Below, piece by piece: positions 21,113 through 33,235 of a DNA stretch of 33,820 bases; position 1 is the first letter of the stretch, and the number at the start of each line of letters is the position of its first letter. Source of the DNA: Stramenopiles sp. TOSAG23-3 (lineage: Eukaryota); the NCBI GenBank assembly GCA_900128585.1, contig LT642207.1, forward strand, positions 1-33,820. Reading direction: 5' to 3'. Below the pieces are notes generated by a model. That model was not told where the DNA came from and searched no databases. It saw only the letters and a program-made list of their open reading frames with translations. The position numbers were made by a program, and so were the translations under genes.

Positions 21113-21471
21113 TACCTAATTAGATCCGAAAATCGGTGAAGTGGTTGTCTCCTATTGCCTGTATTTTTTCACTAAGCGCAAATATACAGGTACAGAGGAC
21201 CGAATAACGTTTTTGGGGGCATTTTTTGATACACGGATTTATATGTGTAAATGTTACAAGTACAACTCGCAAAAACTTTTAATATTGTATTTATAACTGT
21301 TACCTATATATATTTGTATAGTAAGAAAATAATAATAAACCTGCCTGTGTGACGCTATCACTTTCTACAAAAAAAGTTAGTCATTTCTCTGTGCCTGGAC
21401 ATTTGCGCCTAGTGAAAAAGTACAGGCAATAGGAGACAACCACTTCACCAATTTTCGGGTCTAATTAGGTA
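21113..21471. repeat. MITE-like element with 85-bp inverted arms (21113-21197 / 21387-21471)
   Basis: 7 mismatches in 85 nt by manual alignment; outer ends TA|cctaattag...ctaattagg|TA. Confidence 0.9.
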
Positions 21472-21913
21472 AGTTGAAATGTTTTTTTTAAAACTTTTAA
21501 TGGCAATATAGTATTTTGAATAAGCATATAGTTGTAATTAAGGTATATTATTTAGCGGTCTAAATCTCTTAAGTACCACACTTTTCGTTCTCGTTTGGCA
21601 ACAGTTTGGGTACCCGTTCGAGTATTCGTACTCGTAAAACTTCTAAACAAACAAATGTTTTTATCTAATTTTTTTTCTCGGTTGAAGTAAAATCCTGCCT
21701 TAATTAATAACTTCCTGTTATTGAGTGTATTGGCTATGCATTCGTCAAATAAAGTCGTTTTTATCTTGACGATTCTCATCCTATCATTTGCTCTAAATGT
21801 CAGTGAATCAGTGATTCACTGTAGCAAGGATTGTCTGGATTGCAGCGTAAAGCAATATTGCAGTTGAGCTTATCTACTTAGCAATCGATATTTCTTCTTC
21901 GTCATCTTCGCGC

Positions 21914-22712
21914 ATAGTACCATAGCTTTCTGCTACCAATACCTGAATGGTTTTAATGGTTGTCGTTGAGATTTCAAGATTGGCAATTCACCCCGTAGGT
22001 TGATACAAATGGCATTTGTGTTAACCTAAGTCAATCTGAACAACACTGCTCAAGCTCAAAATCACAAAAACGGGACTTCTATCTCCTCCAAAACGAGAAA
22101 CATATGATCCCTGATTGTTTTGTATATTTAATAATACATATTAAATTTTATAATCCAACTATTCTCGAAGAATAATATTCGATTTTACTATGATTCTTCA
22201 TATGTACTGTACTGGCTATAATCGTCACGTTGACTACTCACCCTGCTCTGTTTAGGGGGTGTTCGTCATTGCATCGTATCAGGAGTGAACTTGTTCGACC
22301 TGATGCATGTTGTCAAAATTTCATGCAGTAGATGCCAGTCTTACAATCTTTATCGCATTGTCACCCACTGACCCAATAGTTGTGTGCTGGGCAATGGTCA
22401 ATGGGCAAGCACGAGCTGACTCATTCAACAGTTTCGTTGCTGCACTGTGAAATTTGGTCCTGGCCAAAGGATGTTGCTTTCATTTTGTGTAGTGTTGACG
22501 TATGTAAGGTAAAGCATGTTAAAATCTACCAATTCCCTTATGAAATGGTATTTGACACCAATGTGTTTTCGCAGGGCGTCAATGTGCTTTGTTCGATGTG
22601 ACGTTGTCGCATCTAAGCTCTGCAGGTTCCTGGAATATAGTATCATAGCTTTCTGCTATCGATACCTTAATGGTTTTAATGGTTGTCGTTGAGATTTCAG
22701 GATTGGCAATTC
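21914..22712. repeat. 76-bp direct repeats (21914-21989 and 22637-22712)
   Basis: atagta(c/t)catagctttctgcta...aatggttttaatggttgtcgttgagatttca(a/g)gattggcaattc; 5 mismatches by manual alignment. Confidence 0.9.
22425..22610 (-). mobile_element. Ty1/copia pol relic (RNase H C-terminus)
   Basis: HRTKHIDALRKHIGVKYHFIRELV...LTYVNTTQNESNIL matches the copia hallmark HxRTKHIDxxYHFIRExV...YxxTxxQxADI. Confidence 0.85.
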
Positions 22713-23255
22713 TTTTATTAGACGACTAGTATAAACAATTTTTTGAAGTTGAGGCTGTAACAAGTACGTACGCAACAACGTAGATCAAATTTCCCATAAC
22801 ATGTAAAGAAGAATAAATTGATAAATATATTCTTTCAATGATGTTTCATATTGTTTTATCGTACTTATTAAGTGAACATTTATATACAAATGGAATATAG
22901 TTCCTATTAATATATTGTAGTGTATTTGCATAGTTAAAATAATAAAGCGAGGTATTCTTCTGTGTGCTTGTTACAACAACCAAAACTGAAAAGTTCATCA
23001 CCGAGGAGGAGTGGTGGTGATATTTTGAATTAGAAAGTCTTCTCTTCTTTTTCTGTGGTGTGTGTTGTCCTGACCGGAGGAATGAATTTTATTCTACAAT
23101 TTAAGGAGTTATTCGAATATTTCCGTTTTATTACATTATTTCAACGTAATTAATGGTGTGATAATACAAATATTTCTTTTCTTTTCGATCGAAAACAATG
23201 CAAAAAATCCTCAATTCGAACTTTCCGATTGATTCTCAAGGGTTTGAAAAACAAA

Positions 23256-23452
23256 TTAGCATCATATTAATTTCTATAACAAAGGAACACCATGGGATTT
23301 GATGTTAAGGGAGAAACGGTCATTCGCGCGTTTAATGTTACAAGCTAAAAGCAATTCATATTCTTCTCTTTTTCTATATTTTTTCTGTGAACGTTCCTCC
23401 CTTAACGTAACATCCTATGGTGTTCTTATGCATCGAAAATAGCGATGCTAAA
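23256..23452. repeat. Imperfect inverted repeat, core 23283-23318 / 23392-23428
   Basis: gaacaccatgggatttgatgttaagggagaaacg vs reverse complement gaacaccataggatgttacgttaagggaggaacg; ttagcatc extends the match outward. Confidence 0.7.
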
Positions 23453-23877
23453 TCGATGTAAGAAAAAGTGAACAAAAAGACAGCTTTGAATGACGAAGAA
23501 CCGTTATTTTTTTGAAATTGTACTTCCATTTGTTTTTTTATTAGCAGAGCAGGTAGGTAACAGGTACCGGGTTCTTTATTCCAATGTAATATCAGGTGAC
23601 ATGACATATCACGCCGCCAGGCTAATAATTAAAAAATCATAAGTTTTCCAACAACAATCAAATTTGTTGTTGTTGCAATTTTTTATTATCTGTACTATGT
23701 TGCCACAAAGAAAAGCTGAATTCCGAACAACTGTTGCACACGTGTACCAACGAACGATAGATCATAATCTCTTGAAGCGAAATTTGGTGCATCTACCACA
23801 ATAGGGAACCCGCACAGCCGAGTAAGTGTGGAAGTCAATTAATAGTATAGCAATACATACAGGGTTCTGTTCTACTC

Positions 23878-26800
23878 ATGTCCTTTGAAGACAACCCCCT
23901 TTCAACTCCTGTTAGCGAACCAGTGGTCACGGTAGCAGAGAGGCATTCAAACACCTTGGCTCCAGCGAGTACTAGCAATGGGTATAATGTTGCGGAGCCA
24001 ATTACCAAACCTGGTGACTCCTCTGTCATGCGAGTATTTCCCCCAGTCGTTGAATTCCATGGTGTAGAAGTGGGCACCTTATATGTCATAACAATTACTA
24101 TTCAGAACACAAGTAATAGTGTTCGACGTGTGCGCTTTCAACCCCCGAAATCGAAGGCGTTTACGCTACGAAATGAACCAAAAGGTGGACTAGCACCTGG
24201 ATTAGATGTTACTGCTGATATTGAATTTTTCGCAGAAAGCGAGCAAGATTTTCATGATAAACTGACTGTTGTCAGTGGAAAGTATAACGTAGAAATCCCT
24301 CTTCACGCTTTTGCACCAGCTCCCCGCATAGAGTTTGACGGTTTTGTTGACTTTGGTGTGTGTGTTCTTGAAAATGCTACATCAAAAATTGTCGAATTTA
24401 AAAATGTTGGAATGGCAATTGGTGAATTTGAAATCGAATACGACGAGGATTTACCTATTAAGATTGAGCCCAGAAGAGGAACTCTGCATCCTTTAAACCC
24501 GCCTCTTAAAATCGACCTAGCTGGTAAAGTTTCTGACGATGAGGACGACAATAGTTTAGATAGTGAAGCTAGTAGTGCATTTGAACGTAAACGCAGTAAA
24601 AATATGGAAGGAAAGCCTAAATTGGAGCTAGAGGAAAATTTTCCAAAGAAAACATCAGCAAGGATCCGTATTGAGTACACAGGAAAGGAACTCGGCGCCT
24701 TTCGTGCGCTCGCAAAGGTTGCCATGGTTGGTCAGCCAGATCGTGTATTGGATATTAATGCGCAGTTAGTCCAACAAAGTTTGGAACTAGTGTTGCCGGA
24801 AGGTGGAGGACAAGTCAGCAGTCTCAATTTTGGGACTTTATATTTCAGTCATGCTCGCACAATCAACACCCTTTTAGTTAACAATGGTCCTTTTCCAGCT
24901 TCCTTTACTGTGCATTTAAACGAGGAGGTACATGTTAGTGATGACGAGGTAGATTATGACAACACTAACTATATGATGGAAAAGGAAGAGCAGGCAACTC
25001 CACCCTATACTTCAAGCCCATCAGATGGTATCATCCAGCCATACTCACAATTGCCAGTAATCCTTCAGTTTCTCCCTTTTAGAAAGAAACAAAAAACTGG
25101 TTGGGCACAGACCATCCCCGATCCAAACGACATGATGCAGGCTTTTAATGTGGAAGGTAATGTAGAATGTGTTGATACCCACCAATCCATTGCGGTGCAC
25201 CTCTCTGGCAAAGCTGTTGTTGCTAATGTCCGCATTGATGCTTCTGTATTTGATTTTGGTGAATGCCCAGTGCATGACAGGAGAGACATCTTAACAACGA
25301 TAACAAATGATGGATCTGATTTGGTGGCTAATTGGATCGTTGAACGTGTTGCTCAATTCAGTTTTAAACCTGCTCGAGGATCTCTTCAACCTGGGCAAAG
25401 TCAAAATATTTTGGTCTCCTACAAACCTACACAGTTGGGAAGGTTCCATAAAGATCTTACCGTTACTATTGAAAATGGGGCAAAACTGCTGCCGCTGCGA
25501 TTGATCGGAACGTCAGAAACAATAGGAGAAGACAAACAGAAGATCGTAGGCGGTCCAGATGCAATACCATCAGATTTTAAACCAAATTATAAATTTGTTC
25601 GCCGAGACGACCCTTCTTTGAACAGTTCGCCCAGGAAAACATTTCGCCGCGGGAAACCATGGGAAGAGAGTTTGGAAGGCACTGAAATGGCCTCATTAAT
25701 GAACCCAATGCCAGAAATAAACGTCGCAGATGCCAGGTATACCTTTAGTGTACCTGACCTCATTCGGAGGCAAGCTCACCGAGGCCAGTACAAACAGTAT
25801 TTGCACGACATGAGAATCCATCGGAAGCGGCAGCAAATTAATGCAGAACGTCAAAAACATGGATTGTCTGTTTTGGGTGACCCGAACGGGGTAGATATGG
25901 GAATGAACCCTCGGGCAGGTCTGCGAAGCCCTCAACCGTCGATGCCAGCTGAATCCGATCCATTATGGTTAGAGCGCCCGATGGATGAGGATGGCGGAGC
26001 GCCACGGCGAAGGGTAAAGGTACCCCCGAATGAAAATGTGCTTGTCAAAAGAAAATTTAAGCCTTCGCCAACTACACCAGCCGAGGTGCGAGACATAGAC
26101 GCCGACTTAACGCCGGAAAATCTGAAAGACATTGTTGCTGGACCCAAAACTTTAGATTTCGGTAAAATCGTGGTACGGTCTATAGTCACCAAGTCATTTG
26201 CGGTAGGAAATAATTTGGCTCAAAATATCCTGGTTTCAATGGTAATTGATGAAGAAGAGATGCAACGCTCCACTCCTGATTCCCAATTGGTTCCTCCTGG
26301 AGAAGTTGCTGGTTTTGATATAGTTTTTTCTAGTCGTGATACACAAAACTATAGAAAAACGATACAGTATACAGTCAATAATAAATATCAATTCAAATTT
26401 AATGTTGTCGCTGAAGTTGTGCCAATACAGCTGGATTTATCTGCAGAAGAATTGAACTTTCGTTTTACCAGCGATGATTTAGACCCGACAATATCAGAAG
26501 TTGTTACTATTTCAAACCCGGGAAATGCCCCAGCCGAGTTTTCGTGGAGTACTGGTCGAAACGGCGTCTTTACTGTTGAGCCAAGGAAAGGTTTGGTACC
26601 GGCATTTAAAGAAGTGGATGTGAATGTGACTTTTCGCCCAGTAGCTAAAGCAATAAAAAACGATGTTTTGCGCTTGGCGGTAGCATCCGGGCAGGGGGCT
26701 GAACGCCAACTCGTCGTTGATGGAGAATCACTAGAGGGAAAAATAATTTTTAAAGACAAAGGGCTTGATCTGGGAAACTTTCCGGTAGGAATACCAATGG

Positions 26801-29800
26801 AGCGCTCGATCATTCTGAAAAATGCATCGAAGACCGCAACAGTGTACTATGTAGAATCAAATGCTCCAGGTTTCACGGTAACCCCAAAACGAGGTCGTAT
26901 CAGCGGAGGGGCAACAGCAGAAGTAAAAATTAGTGTTAAGGCTCCAAAACAGCACGAATATACGAAAGATTCCATCACCGTTCAACCTCGCGGAGGGAAA
27001 GTCGTCACATTAGATTTGGCAGGCGAAGCATTGGTGCCAGATGTATCTGTGAAAGAAGAGGAAATCGATTTCGGCGGGGTTACTATTGGTTCTACTATGA
27101 AACATAGTCTTACCTTATCTAATAATGGCAGTATCCAGGCAACTATATTTATTGACCTTGAGCGCTACCCAGAGTTCAATGTTGGTTTGGCCCCTGTTGG
27201 GGACGGGCAACAAACTGATCTTGAAAGTGTATTCGTTCCGGTGTCTGATTTACGATTGACCAGCGCTAGCACAAACGCTCCCTCAACGGCCGCGGGGAGA
27301 CGGTCGAGTTCTGGCCGTTCTAAGCGGAAGGTGAAAGAGTCCGACAGAGGAGATGATGTGCCTCCTGCTCGGAAATTTCGTCTGACAGTTGAAGCCGGCC
27401 GAAATTTGAAACTAAACCTAATATATAATCCTCAACACGAACGCAGCCATGTGTTCGAGGTGCCCCTAATACTTGCGGGTATAGAAGGTAGACCCCCCGA
27501 AGGGATGAGACGAGTGATTGTGGCTGAAGGCTTGAAACCGAGACTTCTTTTGAGCCGAACGACAGTGGAATTTGGCGACCGGGTAGTAAGCCGTGACAAA
27601 AGCATGCGATTTCCGTATCACACCGAATTGACACTGACAAATAGGGATGAAAACATGGTGTCGTGGGAGGTTGATTTGTCTGATCTGTATATGGACCGAC
27701 CCGGCACCCGGGATTCTATGGCATCTGCGACAACAACCATGACATCTATGACAGGATATGGGACCAGTCAAACCCTGCCCACATTTTCTATGGAACCATC
27801 AAGTGGCGAGTTGGAGCCGGGAGAAGCTCGAGTTGTGAAAGTAAGTTTTTTGCCTTTTGAAGCAATTTCATACGAAGCCGAAATGCCTATTTATCTTGAT
27901 GGAAACCGAACACGACCTTACCTGATGATTCAATTGAAAGCAAATGGCATGTACCCTAAGTTAAAGTTTAGTACAGACGAGGTAATATTACCACCTGTAC
28001 CCCTAGGTATAAAATCAAAAACGTGCTTCGAAATAATAAATCAAGGATATGATCAGTTAGAAGTTTCCCATCAACTACCAATTGATAGTGCACACATTCC
28101 TCTGAAAATATCATACCCGGATGGGAAACAAATTGGGCTTTCAAAAGCACGCCTTTCAATAGAAGTGAGTTTTGCATCAAGAAAACCAATGGCATTTACA
28201 GCAAAAATTGAGTTTATGGATTCAGGTGGCAACAGATTTTCTATACCAGTGAGTGGAACATCTGACGCGTGCTTACTGACAACCTATGATTTTGTGAGAG
28301 CCAATTTAGACCCATATGGCGGGGACAAAAAATTTAGTTATTATGTGTCAGATCAGAAGGCGATTCAATTCTTTGAAAATGTACAAGTGCGGCAAATGCT
28401 GAAAGCCGACGCAAAAACAAATGGCCGTACTACCCCGCGAGGGCTAGAAACACCTTTTAGTGCAGGTGATAAATCTATGGGGGGGGTTGACATAAGTTAT
28501 CTTGGAAAGTCTTCGGTTAATACTGACAATATAGAGGCACTACGAAGTTGGCTTAATTGTACAGCAATGAAAAGCCCATTAGAAAACATCCCGAAAGATT
28601 TTGTTGATTCTCATGGAAAAATTTTGATTGAGCTGATAGAAACCCTGACTGGGCGAAACGTTCCGGGAAAAGTTATAAAACTGTCTGCCAACAAACGAGA
28701 ACACCCTACTCAATTACTGAAGCAGTATGAAGAATGTTTGGCGCATTTGAAAGGCCATGGTGCATTGCTCAACCATATACGCCCAGAATCGTTATTGTCT
28801 AAGAGCGACTTTATTCATATCTGCAGCCACCGCGAATTATCAAAATTAACGCCAACACAGTTGTTACAAAGAAAAAAAGATTTAGAGCGAGAATACAAAC
28901 GCATATATCTTCCTTCTTGGATTTCGGTTTTATACCAGATTATCAAAATATATGTGTTAAAAAGAATTACCCAGAAACAATATGAGTCTCTGCCTGGAGT
29001 TGATCCGTCAAGGCCTTTGCCTGGCTTTTCCGCCGACGATTCTGACACTGAAGTAAAGAAGAAGAAAAGAAGAAAAAAAGATGATCCTGCATTAGTTGGT
29101 AGTAATGTTTATTCTGTATCAGAGGGTTTGCTGCTAAAATGGCTTACGTACCACTATGTTGTTCTTGGACCAGAAAACCCTAAACGCTTGACCAATTTTG
29201 AAGAAGATCTGAAGGATGGCTCCGTTCTATGCCATCTACTCCAAAGCCATGTTCCAAATATTGCTGCTTCTGGGCGTCCTTTATTTGGATTTAAAAGAAA
29301 TCCAGCTTCAGATGAAGATAATAAACTTAATGCTACCAAGTTCATCGGTGGGATGCGAGAGTTAGGGCTTGATCTTTCAATTTCTCCCAGTTCCTTTACT
29401 CATCCAAATGGTCTTAATATGTTGCTGTTGGTCATATATTTATATCAAAACTTGCCTCAATATATCCCAAAGACAACCATTGAATTCTATGGATTTTTGG
29501 GCGAACGGGTGGTGAAAAATATTGAATTGAGGAACCCTGCAAAAAAGGGCATAAATTATTGGGTGACTGTTGAAGGATCTCCCGACTTCAAAATCGAAAA
29601 GCGCCAACTGCAGTTAGACCCTGGTGCTGTTGAAGCGTTTCCGATAGAGTTTGTGAGTCGCTTTACGAAAACTGTTAATGGCCGTCTCACCTTTCGAGCA
29701 CAACGTGATGGAGGCATCAATGCTGCCACTATGGTTTTCAACTTGAAAAGTATGGTGCACTCGAGAAAAGCTGTGCTAACTCATCAAATAAAGACGGTGG

Positions 29801-32800
29801 CGTATGAGCCGCAAACTGTTGAAATAGATATCGCAAACAATTTTTCGTCCGACTGCGTGTTTTCTCTGACCCTCACACAGGACCTGCTTGTGAACAATAA
29901 ATGGGAAAAGGCATCACATATTCTGCATGGGCGCCATAAAACAAAGAAACGTGGTGGCTCAAAGAAAAAAACTGGGATTGGGATGCGGAAAAGTGACTCA
30001 AACAAGAAGAGTTCTACTGCTGTTCCCGTTAGTCAACTTCCTGAAGATTTGAAAGAGGCGGCCTTTTTTGCACCTTTCTGGTGCCGGAATTCGTCGGTAA
30101 AAGTAAAATCGAGTGGATCGGCCACAATAACTATGCAATTTCTGCCGTTACAGCCAGGAACTTATAGATGTCAATTGGTTTTTCTTGACGAGAAAGTTGG
30201 TGAAACAATGTACGAAGTCCTAGGAGTGGCCGAAATGCCAAAACCACTCGAATTTTTTTCGTCTGCTATGGATCTGACATCATCTGTGCAACGTCACCTT
30301 TCGATTCCATTTTGCAATGCTCACTTAGACAAAGCGAGAAGTGTTGCAATGGAAAGATATGCTGGTTCAACTCTAAAAAAAATGCGAGATGCACTGAAAA
30401 TGTATATTTTGTCTGAGAAGCCGCCTCAAGTTTTTACTGTGGAATTTAATTCCCCGTTTTATCAGGCGGCCCCTGATTGTACTATAAGTGAGATCAGGGA
30501 AGGTAGTACAAACGCAAAAGCTGTCCTAGCGACTCCCCGTGGGGCAATGGGAGATGGGCAAGGAAGCATCATGGTCAACTTTCAACCGAGTGCGGCGGGG
30601 GAGTATCCGGCTCAGCTGGTGATGCGCTCTCCGTTTGAAGTTCGCGTATACGATTTTTATTTTACAGTCAAAGCCCCCAGTCAGGAGAAGGCGCTAGAGT
30701 TTGGAGCACCGGCTCGCCAGACAATCGTCCAAGACATTCCAATAGTTAATAACAGTGATCAGGATTGGAGTATAGGGGCAAAAATAACAGGTGAAGGATC
30801 ACAACAATTCAAAGGACAGAAAGCTCTCAAAGTCAAGGCAGGCGAGGAAGGCGCCTACAAATTGCAATATAAAGCAGAATGGGTAAGCGAGTCATCTGCT
30901 CAACTTACATTAACAAATGCCACAACTGGCGAAGATTATGTATTTAAACTTTATGGCACTGCGGATGAACCGTTAGCCGAGGAACATGTTCGGATTGAAT
31001 GCCAGGCGCGACAGCGTATATCTCGAAAATTCAGAGTACGAAATGCCACTAAAAGTTCAACGATATTTAATGTAGAATGCGATTTACCTGGCATAAGTGG
31101 TTCGTCAACAATTGAAGTTGGCCCAAACTCTACTGGTGATTATGAACTTTTTTTACGCCCCCTTCTTGGTGGCGAGTATAGTGGAGCAATAACTTTTACT
31201 GCTCCTGATGGATCCTTTACCTGGTACACAATTGAGATTTTTGCTGCAGCTCCAACTTCTGAAGGCAGTCTCGATTTGAAAGCGTTTGTGCGGAAAGCTG
31301 TGGCCGTAGAAATTGGTTTACAGAACCCCTTGGACGAACCTATTGAATTCGAGGTAAAACTGACAGGCCAAGGTCTCCTCGGCGATCCTGTTTTCGTTTT
31401 ATCAGCACAGGAATCTGGAACGTACGAACTGCTGTATTCCCCATTGGTTCCAGTGCAAGAAACTGGTTCGATTGTGTTTGCAAACCAGCGTGTTGGTGAA
31501 GTATGGTACGAACTCAATTTATTGGCGGAATCACCTCCTCCAGAACAATTGCAAGATATGGAGTGCTGTGTAGGACTGCGATCGCGCCAAAAAGTCCAGC
31601 TAGAAAATCCCACTGGGCAGCAAATTCAATTAATTAGTGTTGTTAGCAATCAGCTGAATTTTCGCGCAATACCGAATCAAATTACTGTGCCACCATATGG
31701 TACTGCCGTTGCAGAAGTGGAGTACACACCTTCAAGCATCAACGAGATCCAAAAATCCTCTGTGGTTTTTCGAAACTCAAAACTTGGGGCATGGAAATAT
31801 GTTGTAGAAGGGCGAGGAAATCCACCTTCCACTATGGAAACTGTTGAAGTGTTCTCTCCTATGGGTGTACGGGAATCCGCCACATTTAGTTTCCGGAATC
31901 CTTTTTCTGAAGCTATTTTTGTGAGCGTCAAGATGCATTTTAAAGATGAAGCTTCCAATGGTGCATTTTCTTTGTTGGTAAAGAGTGGTGATATGCGTGT
32001 GGCTCCATTTAGCTCGTTGCAAATCCCATTTATATTTTGCCCTCCTGCTATTTTCGAATACCACGCAACCGTTGAGGTCGAAGCCGACCAAGGAATGTTG
32101 TGGACATTTCCTGTTAAAGGTACTGCAGAAGCTCCTTCTTCAGATGATGCAGTTATTATCTCCACCGCAGCTCGGAAGTCTGTCTCGGAAACAGTGCCAT
32201 TTATTTTACATTCCATAGACCCGAAGGAAGCGAATTCTAGTACACGTTTTGCGCATTCGTTGGTAATTCCTGATGAATATAAAACAATTGTGGAGAAATC
32301 CTTAGTTATCACACAAAATTCCTGTGGCATAACCGATCCGAGTACCCCTTTATCTTACACCTTCAAGTTCAATCCTTTGAAACCTTTTAAAGCAAATTTA
32401 GAATTTATATTGCGAAAAGGTTCGGGGGGACAGTGGCGGTTTCCACTAGTATTACAAGCATCCGAGCCGGCTGTAGATGACGTTATACTAATTGAGGCAA
32501 TGATTAACCAAACTTCAAGTGTCAGTTTCAAACTATCAAACCACTTCAATGCATATTCAGACTTTTCTGCAAAATTTACGCCTGAATCTCCCTACGAGTT
32601 TACGGTGTATCCAAGCGAAGGTGTCTTAGAACCACCTGGAACTTCCGGTACAAGTTTTATTTTGTCCTTTACACCCACTGAATATGGCTGCAATGGTCGT
32701 ACGAAGTGCGCGGTATACCGCCAATATACACTCCGCCAAGTGGGAAAACTGGAATTGATACACGTATGAGCCCTCACCTAACCAAATCGTTAGGAAAATA

Positions 32801-32852
32801 TAAGAAGAAGAATTTTATGAAAGCAAATATGCACTTAAACAAGAACAAATGA
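23878..32852 (+). CDS. CFAP47: Cilia- and flagella-associated protein 47, single exon; frameshift near 32689, natural stop at 32850-32852
   Basis: 2963-aa ORF of repeated ASH/PapD-like domains (MRVFPPVVEF..GLAPGLDV; LDFG..; ITISNPGNAPAEFSW), a calponin-homology region (SNVYSVSEGLLLKWL...NFEEDLKDGSVLCHLL; LYQNLPQYIPKTTIEF) and late VYPSEGVLEP..SFTPTEYG; continuation QWSYEVRG lies in another frame. Confidence 0.9.
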
Positions 32853-33235
32853 ATGATCCGGTGTTGTATGTAAATTTTAAACTCGTGTGCGAAATCCATA
32901 AATGGCAAGGAGAAGAACACAATACAAGTGAAGTAACCACAGATGATATCTGATAATTGCTGCTCTGAAAATAGGGTAGCTCTTATAAATCTCGACTTCA
33001 TTGAGTGGATTCGAGAACTGTTCATTTACATTGGGGCCCAAGAATTCTTACTTTTTATTTATTGTTTTGAGATGCCGACAGAAATAATTGGATTTGAGGC
33101 GCATGCGATGTTTAAAAAACATAAGTTTTTACGAGTTCAGAATTGACAGCCCCAACTCATTTTCTCCACGAAACATGTACGAGATAAATTAAAAACAAAA
33201 TAAAAAACAAATTATATATGATATGTATGTTTACC

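Noticed and set aside
7845-22712. Stop-codon reassignment or RIP-like mutation explaining in-frame stops in relics
   Set aside because: Intact genes end at TAA/TGA with no internal stops, and the mismatches I could count are too few to show a directional bias.
23649-23751. RFX X-box or ciliary promoter palindromes before CFAP47
   Set aside because: A 9-bp caacaacaa hairpin and a gttgcacacgtgtaccaac near-palindrome exist, but neither fits the X-box consensus well and RFX is not expected in this lineage.
24934-24960. SDDEVDYD in CFAP47 resembling the retroelement DEEVDYG motif
   Set aside because: Short acidic linker inside an intact gene with no flanking similarity; likely chance.
32680-32700. 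Programmed ribosomal frameshift in CFAP47
   Set aside because: No slippery heptamer, and conserved residues appear to be missing, which favours a deletion or assembly error.
24303-32777. Numerous antisense and alternate-frame ORFs inside CFAP47
   Set aside because: Expected shadows of a long coding sequence; none has domain-like features.
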